This document shows, piece after piece, positions 1 through 6,820 of a DNA stretch of 32,000 bases. Each line of letters begins with the position of its first letter. Position 1 is the stretch's first letter. The notes under the pieces were generated by a model that was not told the origin of the DNA, searched no databases, and saw only the letters and a list, made by a program, of their open reading frames with translations. The stretch is from Promethearchaeum syntrophicum (GTDB taxonomy: Archaea; Asgardarchaeota; Lokiarchaeia; Sigyniarchaeales; Promethearchaeaceae): NCBI RefSeq assembly GCF_008000775.2, contig NZ_CP042905.2, positions 420,001 through 452,000 of the forward strand. The letters run 5' to 3'. Made by a program: the position numbers and the translations under genes.

Positions 1-1
1 A

Positions 2-1531
2 ACAACCCCTATTAATAGTAATTTACTGCCAATTAAAAAAGGATGTCCCTACGATTGTGGATTATGCACCCATCATCAATCTGCTGCCAACCTCATGATT
101 ATCGACATCACAAACCGATGTAATTTAAATTGCCCCATTTGTTTTGCGAATGCTAATCGACAAGGACAAATAGTGGAATATACCTATGAAGAAGTGGTTC
201 AAATTATGAAGCATTTCATAAAACAACGCCCTTATCATGCAGCTATTGCTCAATTTTCGGGTGGGGAACCGACACTTCATCCTCGGATTATTGATATATT
301 GAAAGCAGCAAAAGATTTGGGATTTCCACATCGTATGCTTAATACTAACGGAATAAGAATGGCCAAAAGTCTCGATTTTTGCCGACAATTAAAAGAAGCA
401 GATTGTGGAGCGATCTACCTTTCATATGATGGGGAGAATCCAGAAACATATAAAAAAATCCGTGGAATGGATTTATCAAAGTTAAAAAAGAAAGTAATCG
501 AAAATTGTAGAGAAGTAGGACTTGACGGTATAATGCTCGTGTGCACGGTTGCCAAAGGAGTAAATGACAACGAAATTAAGCACATTCTAGAATTTGCACG
601 AGACAATAATGATATTATTGCTGGTATTGTTTTTCAACCAGTTTCACTCTGCGGGCGCATTACCTTAGAGGATTTAATGAACCTTAGATATACAAGTAGT
701 GATTTAACTATTGAGATAAGAAAAGTTACAAATGGAATTGTAGATAAATTTTATCCTCTTGCTGCTTCAAGTAAATTAACTCAATTACTTACATGGTTTT
801 CCGATCTTCCTGGATGGGCTATATCTGCTCATAATGACTGTGGGTTTGCCACTTTAGTTCCAATTGGAAAAGATAACGAATGGCAAAATCTAGAAGATTA
901 TGTTGATGTTGAAGAATTAATAAAATTTACAAATTCTGTTTGGGATATGATTCAAAAACGAGATATTCCTCAACCCTCAAAATTCTTCTCAAGCTTACGA
1001 GGAACGGTAGAAAAATTAGGATTCGCGAAAGCTTTTGATGTTTTAAATGAATTTAATGATAAAATATCAGATCTTGCATATAGAAATGCAATGAAAGCAT
1101 ATTATATTGCAGGAGCTGCTAAATATGTTAAAAACTTTGAACTAAAAAAGCTTGTTGAAGATCCCATTTATAAAAGTGTTACTAAATTATTATTAAATCC
1201 TAAATTAGAAAACTCAAAGAATGTTCTTCAAAACAAATTAATGTTCGTTGGTTCAATGCATTTTCAAGATGCATATGATTTAGATATCGCAAGATTGCAA
1301 AAATGTGTGGTGCATTACGGGGTTATTGATCCTGATGATCCAGAACATAAACGAGTTCTACAAATACCATTTTGCACTTTCAATACGATTCATCGGGAAG
1401 GAATTGAAAAAAAATGGGCTGAAACACACGCGAAACCTTTAGAAAAAACTCCAGACCAACATGCAAAAGATATTCGACTCCTAACTGAAAGTATATCTTT
1501 AAAGAAAAACAGCGATAGTATTGTTGAATAA
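2..1531 (+). CDS. Radical SAM enzyme, 5' end cut by the window edge; resembles archaeal tetraether lipid synthase (Tes / GDGT-MAS, MJ0619-type)
   Basis: The frame of ORF 95..1531 stays open back to nt 2 (..PIKKGCPYDCGLCTHHQSAANLMIIDITNRCNLNCPICFANA). CNLNCPIC is the CxxxCxxC radical-SAM cluster motif, and SGGEPTLHP is a SAM-binding-type motif. The upstream GCPYDCGLC..H.Q cysteine motif is what I recall from Tes/MJ0619-type proteins. Confidence applies to the radical SAM call; the Tes subfamily call is about 0.5. Confidence 0.85.
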   Translation, partial: TTPINSNLLPIKKGCPYDCGLCTHHQSAANLMIIDITNRCNLNCPICFANANRQGQIVEYTYEEVVQIMKHFIKQRPYHAAIAQFSGGEPTLHPRIIDILKAAKDLGFPHRMLNTNGIRMAKSLDFCRQLKEADCGAIYLSYDGENPETYKKIRGMDLSKLKKKVIENCREVGLDGIMLVCTVAKGVNDNEIKHILEFARDNNDIIAGIVFQPVSLCGRITLEDLMNLRYTSSDLTIEIRKVTNGIVDKFYPLAASSKLTQLLTWFSDLPGWAISAHNDCGFATLVPIGKDNEWQNLEDYVDVEELIKFTNSVWDMIQKRDIPQPSKFFSSLRGTVEKLGFAKAFDVLNEFNDKISDLAYRNAMKAYYIAGAAKYVKNFELKKLVEDPIYKSVTKLLLNPKLENSKNVLQNKLMFVGSMHFQDAYDLDIARLQKCVVHYGVIDPDDPEHKRVLQIPFCTFNTIHREGIEKKWAETHAKPLEKTPDQHAKDIRLLTESISLKKNSDSIVE

Positions 1532-1907
1532 TAATTCGTTATGAAATCAGACGGCATCTTGTGACCCTTTCTCACCGCATCTACTCGATTGATGCTGTCA
1601 CTAACTTATAGTGACCTTTTTTCATTTCTTCTCCGATATTTTCAGACATAATCCGATTTACTAATTAATAATGACATCCCCACGGTAAGTTGCACTACAT
1701 CACTATATACTGACTTCAAACTATAACATAGTAAAAAATTTCGACTCAATCCGTGAGTAAACGGACAATAAAAGAAATAAGACGCCACCACTGACCACCG
1801 AGGGAGGAGGGGAGCTAAATCGAGTGGACATGTTCACTCATATTGCCCTTGTTATTATAGATTGGAGGTATAAAGGAGGATTAGTGGTTTATTTTTGTGG
1901 TTATACC

Positions 1908-1966
1908 GTTTGAGGTGAATCCCTAAGGAATTAAGGGTCACCAGTCCCGTAGGAGGGAGGAATTAT
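1908..1966 (+). repeat. Left copy of a direct repeat bracketing the BspA-like gene
   Basis: The core cagtcccgtaggagggaggaattat (1942-1966) matches 4705-4729 at 24/25 positions. An upstream arm, gtttgaggtgaatccct (1908-), matches gtttaagtgaatctcct (4637-). Confidence 0.8.
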
Positions 1967-2045
1967 GATATTTTTATTTTCAGTACAAACATTTTTATAG
2001 TTTTTAAAAATAATCATTCATAATATCGCTACAGAAGTGTAAAGT

Positions 2046-4583
2046 ATGGTTAATAAAAAAAAAGCTCTGAGTTTTTTTATTGGAATGATTATCGTCATGG
2101 GTTCTGTCCTAATAATTTTCATAGTTTTTTCTCCAACGGATACAACGGCTCCCACGTTAGAAATAATCAGTCCTACTACTGGAATATACCTTGAAAATAC
2201 CCTGTTGTTGGAAGTTGATGCCTTGGATAATGAAGAGGTCGATTCTATTTGGTACAATTGGGAGGGGATCAATGTGACCTATACCAACCCAATTGAGATT
2301 CTATTCCCTGAAGAAGAAACTACCATCTACGCCTGGACAAATGACACAGCAGGAAATATTGGATTCGCCTCAGTCACATTCACAGTTGATACTACTGCTC
2401 CCATTGTAGAAATAATCAGCCCTATAGCTGGGGTGTGCCTAGATGCTGGTCAGCTACTGGAGATCGAAGCCTCAGATACTTGCGAGGTGGATACGATCTG
2501 GTACAACTGGGAGGGAGTCAATGTGACCTATACCAGCCCAATCGAGATCGTGTTCCCTATAGGAACTACCATTATCCATGCATGGGCAAACGACACTGCA
2601 GGTTATACCGGATTCCATTCTGTCACTTTAAACATCATCCATTCTAGCGAGATTTTTGTGTCAAATTGGAGTACAACAATGATTAGCACGGGTTCGAGTG
2701 GTGCTAATCAAGTTAGACTACCGATGGAGGTTAGCGGAACCTATTCATTTATTGTTGATTGGGGGGATGGACTAAGTGACACTATCGACACTTGGAACCA
2801 ACCAGAGGTGACACATACGTACATCTCAGCAGGAAACTACACAATTCAAATAGGTGGAACAGTAGTTGGTTGGGGATTCAACAATGGTGGAGATCGACTG
2901 AAGCTGCTTGAAATAAGTCAGTGGGGGCAATTGCAAATAGGTAAATCAGGAGGAAATTTCTATGGCTGTAGCAACTTAAACCTAACAGCTACTGATAGTT
3001 TGAACCTGAATGGTACAACATCGCTTGCTCATTTCTTCCACGGTTGCAGTAAACTTCGCACATCAGGAAACTTGAATGGTTGGGATGTGTCCAGTGTGAC
3101 GAACATGAGCTCTATGTTTGAAGGTGCCTCAATTTTCAATCAGGACATCGGAGGTTGGAATGTGTCCGGTGTGACGGACATGAGCTCTATGTTTGATAGT
3201 GCTTCAATTTTCAATCAGGACATTGGAGGTTGGAATGTGTCCGGTGTGATTGACATGAGTTCTATGTTTGATGGTGCCTCAGTTTTCAATCAGGACATCG
3301 GAGGTTGGAATGTGTCCGGTGTGACGGACATGAGCTCTATGTTTGAGGGTGCTTCAAGTTTCAATCAGGACATCGGAGGCTGGAATGTGTCTGGTGTGAC
3401 GGACATGAGCTCTATGTTTGATGGTGCTTCAGTTTTCAATCAGAACATCGGAGGTTGGAATGTCTCCAGTGTGACGGACATGAGCTCTATGTTTGAGGGT
3501 GCTTCAAGTTTCAATCAGGACATCGGAGGCTGGAATGTGTCTGGTGTGACGGACATGAGCTCTATGTTTGATGGTGCTTCAGTTTTCAATCAGAACATCG
3601 GAGGTTGGAATGTCTCCAGTGTGACGGACATGAGTGGCATGTTTTCTTTTGCTTCAACCTTCAATTATTGGATCGTTTCCTGGGATGTGTCCGGTGTGAC
3701 AGACATGAGCTCCATGTTTCTGAATGCTTTATCCTTCACTGGGTTCGGCATGTTACAATGGAATGTGTCCAGCGTAACAAACATGAGCTCTATGTTTCAT
3801 GGTGCTTCAGTTTTCAATCAGAACATCGGAGGCTGGAATGTCTCCAGCGTAACAAACATGAGCTCTATGTTTCATGGTGCTTCAGTTTTCAATCAGAACA
3901 TCGGAGGCTGGAATGTCTCCAGTGTGACGGACATGAGTGGCATGTTTTATCATGCTGAGGATTTCAATCAAAATATTGGTACCTGGAATATATCCCGTGT
4001 GACAGACATGAGCTACATATTTTATCATGCTGAGCATTTCAATCAAAACTTAGGTACCTGGAATGTATCTAGTGTGACAGACATGAGCTACATGTTTTAT
4101 CATGCTGAGCATTTCAATCAAAACATTGGTACCTGGAATGTGTCGAGTGTGAGAAATATGTGTGCCATGTTTCGATGGGCTGTACTTTTTAATCAAGACC
4201 TTGGTGCCTGGGATGTCTCCAAGGTAACAAACATGAGCTTCATGTTTCGGGAGGCTTTGGACTTCAATCAGGACATTGGTACTTGGAATGTGTCCAGTGT
4301 GACAGACATGAGCCAGATGTTCTTTAATGCTTTTGATTTCAATCAAGACCTTGGTACTTGGAATGTGTCCAGTGTGACAGACATGAGCCAGATGTTCTTT
4401 GGCGTCACGTTGTCAACAATAAACTACGATAGCCTCTTACTCGGATGGTCCCAATTGACTCTACAGAATGCTGTCAATTTCGACGGCGGACATTCGACAT
4501 ACAGTGTAGGTGCAGCATCTGATGCGAGGCAGTATCTCATCGACACTTTTAACTGGATTATTAAAGACGGGGGGCAAGCCTAA
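2046..4583 (+). CDS. Membrane-anchored surface protein: N-terminal TM helix, two 83-aa Ig-like repeats, a PKD-like domain, 18 BspA/DUF285-type 25-aa repeats, and a conserved C-terminal cap
   Basis: 845-aa ORF. Hydrophobic N-terminus: ALSFFIGMIIVMGSVLIIFIVF. PKD-like motif: VDWGDG...THTYISAGNYTIQI. The repeat GWNVSGVTDMSSMFxGASxFNQDIG occurs 18 times (DUF285/BspA-type consensus W-[ND]-V-S-x-V-T-x-M-x-x-M-F). The C-terminal YDSLLLGWSQ...NF tail is typical of that family. Confidence 0.9.
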   Translation: MVNKKKALSFFIGMIIVMGSVLIIFIVFSPTDTTAPTLEIISPTTGIYLENTLLLEVDALDNEEVDSIWYNWEGINVTYTNPIEILFPEEETTIYAWTNDTAGNIGFASVTFTVDTTAPIVEIISPIAGVCLDAGQLLEIEASDTCEVDTIWYNWEGVNVTYTSPIEIVFPIGTTIIHAWANDTAGYTGFHSVTLNIIHSSEIFVSNWSTTMISTGSSGANQVRLPMEVSGTYSFIVDWGDGLSDTIDTWNQPEVTHTYISAGNYTIQIGGTVVGWGFNNGGDRLKLLEISQWGQLQIGKSGGNFYGCSNLNLTATDSLNLNGTTSLAHFFHGCSKLRTSGNLNGWDVSSVTNMSSMFEGASIFNQDIGGWNVSGVTDMSSMFDSASIFNQDIGGWNVSGVIDMSSMFDGASVFNQDIGGWNVSGVTDMSSMFEGASSFNQDIGGWNVSGVTDMSSMFDGASVFNQNIGGWNVSSVTDMSSMFEGASSFNQDIGGWNVSGVTDMSSMFDGASVFNQNIGGWNVSSVTDMSGMFSFASTFNYWIVSWDVSGVTDMSSMFLNALSFTGFGMLQWNVSSVTNMSSMFHGASVFNQNIGGWNVSSVTNMSSMFHGASVFNQNIGGWNVSSVTDMSGMFYHAEDFNQNIGTWNISRVTDMSYIFYHAEHFNQNLGTWNVSSVTDMSYMFYHAEHFNQNIGTWNVSSVRNMCAMFRWAVLFNQDLGAWDVSKVTNMSFMFREALDFNQDIGTWNVSSVTDMSQMFFNAFDFNQDLGTWNVSSVTDMSQMFFGVTLSTINYDSLLLGWSQLTLQNAVNFDGGHSTYSVGAASDARQYLIDTFNWIIKDGGQA
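2139..2636 (+). repeat. Intragenic tandem duplication of a 249-nt (83-aa) Ig-like module
   Basis: DTTAPTLEIISP...WYNWEGINVTYTNPIEI...AWTNDTAGN (from 2139) is repeated as DTTAPIVEIISP...WYNWEGVNVTYTSPIEI...AWANDTAGY (from 2388). The period is 249 nt. Confidence 0.85.
3078..4430 (+). repeat. In-frame 75-nt tandem repeat array (18 units) encoding the DUF285/BspA repeats
   Basis: Unit 1 starts at 3078 and unit 18 at 4356; one unit is 78 nt. It contains a perfect 150-nt duplication (3331-3480 = 3481-3630) and a perfect 75-nt duplication (3771-3845 = 3846-3920). Confidence 0.95.
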
Positions 4584-4636
4584 CATTACTATACCTATGT
4601 AAACAAGGAAAACATCGAGTTAATCGTATAATCCTA

Positions 4637-4729
4637 GTTTAAGTGAATCTCCTTGTGAGGTTCCTCGTTAATCTATTTTTTTTACTATTTTAATAAACTC
4701 ACTTCAGTCTCGTAGGAGGGAGGAATTAT
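4637..4729 (+). repeat. Right copy of the direct repeat bracketing the BspA-like gene
   Basis: cagtctcgtaggagggaggaattat (4705-4729) matches 1942-1966 at 24/25 positions. The upstream arm 4637-4655 resembles 1908-1925, with an inserted AT-rich stretch between arm and core. Confidence 0.8.
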
Positions 4730-4757
4730 ATCTCTTTGTTTTTTTCTTAGTTTCTTA

Positions 4758-5891
4758 TTATGATAATGATTTTATTATGAAATCGCGATATGGATCCAAT
4801 ATTTGGGAAAGAGCTATTGTTTCAAATAAATCAGCGTTGTCTTTCAAATTTAACTCCAAAATCTGAACTGTATAGTCGTAAAATCGCATTTTTTTAATTA
4901 TTTCTTTCACATTTTTTGGCAAACCGCTCATGATTAAGAAAATCGGGTCTTCGATTTGAAGATCTGCAAATTCTTGAAACATTTGAAGTAAAAAAACATC
5001 AAAAGTTAACCTATGAAGGTCAGCAGAGCTATAATATTCTTGTTTAAGTTCTTCTTTAATGAAATCGATAGCTTTTATCAAATCTTTGATTGATTTATCT
5101 GCTTGATTACGCACTTTTTCATCTTCTCCTATATAGTGGTAACACATCATTTTCAATAAATTATATTCAGAAACGATATGAATCAATCTAGCCAAAACGT
5201 TTCTTTTCAAATTTCTAAAAACGCCTTCTTCCTCAGGAGTAGATTCTAACTCGATTTCCAACCTTCTGAAAAATTTTGCAATCTCGCGAATGGTTTCTAT
5301 TGCATCCGAAAATTGTTTATTATCAATTTGCTCTTTTAATTGTTTTAGATATATACGATAATCAAAAATACTTGAATCAAAAATTCTAATTGCATCAAGT
5401 ATTAACTTTTCAGCGCGTTTGGTTCTTGAAATTTTCTCAAAACATTCAGCAGCTCTTAAATAAAACATTCCAATTAATTTACGGAATTCATCTTGATCCA
5501 CTTTGGAATAAAGATCTGCAACTTCAATAAATAAATTCCCCGCATCTAAATAATTAGAACTTTTATATTCAAGATTGGCATGTGCGAGCTTTAAATTTGC
5601 CAGCTCTTCAAGAAGGTCTAATTTTTCAATTTCATTTATGGTTCGGCGTAATTTTTCCATGATTGGAAGCATTTCTGATTCTTTCTTTACTAACGAAACA
5701 ATATTATTAAAAACATCTGCAATTTTCATATATGCTCCAGAATTTAAGTAGATCCCAATTGATTTTTGATAAAGACTAATCGCTCCTCTGATGTTATTTT
5801 GTTTTCTAAGCTTAGTTGCACTCTCTACTAATTCATTAGCACGAATTAGTTCAACATCGTATTCATCATTATCGTAATCAAAATTTGACAT
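4758..5891 (-). CDS. Hypothetical all-alpha (TPR-like) protein; the N-terminal segment is weakly MIT-domain-like
   Basis: Long ORF. The track start at 5894 is TTG; the adjacent ATG at 5889-5891 is preferred. Sequence is helix-rich and repetitive (..AISLYQKSIGIYLNSGAYMKIADVF.., ..AGNLFIEVADLYSKV.., ..LRAAECFEKISR..). No catalytic motif was recognised. Confidence 0.6.
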   Translation of the reverse strand: MSNFDYDNDEYDVELIRANELVESATKLRKQNNIRGAISLYQKSIGIYLNSGAYMKIADVFNNIVSLVKKESEMLPIMEKLRRTINEIEKLDLLEELANLKLAHANLEYKSSNYLDAGNLFIEVADLYSKVDQDEFRKLIGMFYLRAAECFEKISRTKRAEKLILDAIRIFDSSIFDYRIYLKQLKEQIDNKQFSDAIETIREIAKFFRRLEIELESTPEEEGVFRNLKRNVLARLIHIVSEYNLLKMMCYHYIGEDEKVRNQADKSIKDLIKAIDFIKEELKQEYYSSADLHRLTFDVFLLQMFQEFADLQIEDPIFLIMSGLPKNVKEIIKKMRFYDYTVQILELNLKDNADLFETIALSQILDPYRDFIIKSLS

Positions 5892-6081
5892 CAAAATTCC
5901 CCGCAGTACAAGGAAAATATTCCTCTACATCTTAGTAATATTTTGAGTATTTTGAATTTTTACTAAAACTATAATTCTTAAACTCAAAATTTTTTAAATT
6001 TGATTAATATTTCTAATTAAAGTAAAAGAATTTTAAAACCAATATAATCTAAAATTTGATTACAAGAGTGGATCACTAAAA

Positions 6082-6795
6082 ATGATGGATAGAAGAGGCG
6101 ATGACGCCGGATATGACAGATCTTTAACAATGTTTTCCCCAGAAGGACGATTATATCAAGTCGAATATGCTCTTGAAGCTGTTAGGAGAGGAACATTATG
6201 CATTGGTTTAAAGTCAAAAGCTGGAGCAGCGATTATTACTAGAAAACGATTTACAAAATTAATGGACACATCTACGATTCAGAAGATTTTTAGAATGGAT
6301 GAGCATATTGGGTGTGCTATAGCTGGCCTTCACGCGGATTCCAGAATTTTGGTGGATTATGCACGTGTTCAGTGTCAAGTTCATAGACTTACTTATAACG
6401 AACCAGTCAGAGTTCCAACAATCACAAGAAAACTAGCAGATATAAAACAACAATACACTCAACATGGCGGGGTTCGTCCTTTTGGATCTGCGTTACTAAT
6501 TATTGGTGTTGATCCTGATGGAACTCCAAGAGTTATGACTACAAGTCCAAGCGGTACTTTCTCTGGTTGGAAAGGAACCACAATGGGGGCTAATAGTGAA
6601 GATGCGCGAACCAAGTTAAATGAAGAACTTAACGACGAAATGAGCATTGATGATATTATTAAGCTTGGAATAAAAATCTTAAAAGACTCAACAGATGAAG
6701 ATTTTGAGGATACTTCTCTTCAAATAGCAGTTGTTACATCTGAAGAAAAATTATTCAAAGTTCTTTCTCAAGAAGAAGTTAAAAAATATCTATAA
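6082..6795 (+). CDS. psmA: Proteasome subunit alpha
   Basis: Alpha-type signature YDRSLTMFSPEGRLYQVEYALEAV near the N-terminus. Length is 237 aa, with the typical GxxxxD and GG...PFG core. Confidence 0.95.
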   Translation: MMDRRGDDAGYDRSLTMFSPEGRLYQVEYALEAVRRGTLCIGLKSKAGAAIITRKRFTKLMDTSTIQKIFRMDEHIGCAIAGLHADSRILVDYARVQCQVHRLTYNEPVRVPTITRKLADIKQQYTQHGGVRPFGSALLIIGVDPDGTPRVMTTSPSGTFSGWKGTTMGANSEDARTKLNEELNDEMSIDDIIKLGIKILKDSTDEDFEDTSLQIAVVTSEEKLFKVLSQEEVKKYL

Positions 6796-6820
6796 TTTTT
6801 TATGCAAAATTTTTTTTCGA

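Noticed and set aside
125-1575. Minus-strand ORFs 125..388, 415..606 and 1390..1575.
   Set aside because: They are antisense shadow ORFs within or abutting the radical SAM gene.
1962-2000. A 12-codon hydrophobic mini-ORF (I-M-I-F-L-F-S-V-Q-T-F-L-stop) starting right after the conserved ggaggaATT. A same-length counterpart (I-I-S-L-C-F-F-L-S-F-L-L-stop) lies at 4725-4763, after the right repeat.
   Set aside because: The equal length and hydrophobicity are intriguing. However, stops are expected about every dozen codons in this AT-rich DNA, T-rich sequence translates to F/L/I by default, and the second copy has no canonical start. I treat it as probable coincidence.
2435-4346. Track ORFs 2435..2647 (+), 3605..3958 (+) and 4050..4346 (-), lying inside the surface-protein gene.
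   Set aside because: These are alternative-frame or antisense ORFs kept open by the G+C-richer, repetitive coding sequence. Their translations are Cys/His/Arg-rich and repetitive with no motif, and the 845-aa frame explains the region.
3078-4430. A regular 75-nt tandem repeat array that could superficially resemble a CRISPR or satellite array.
   Set aside because: The period is a multiple of three, and every unit is in frame within one 845-aa ORF, encoding the DUF285/BspA 25-aa repeat. There are no unique spacers. This is a protein-coding repeat, not CRISPR.
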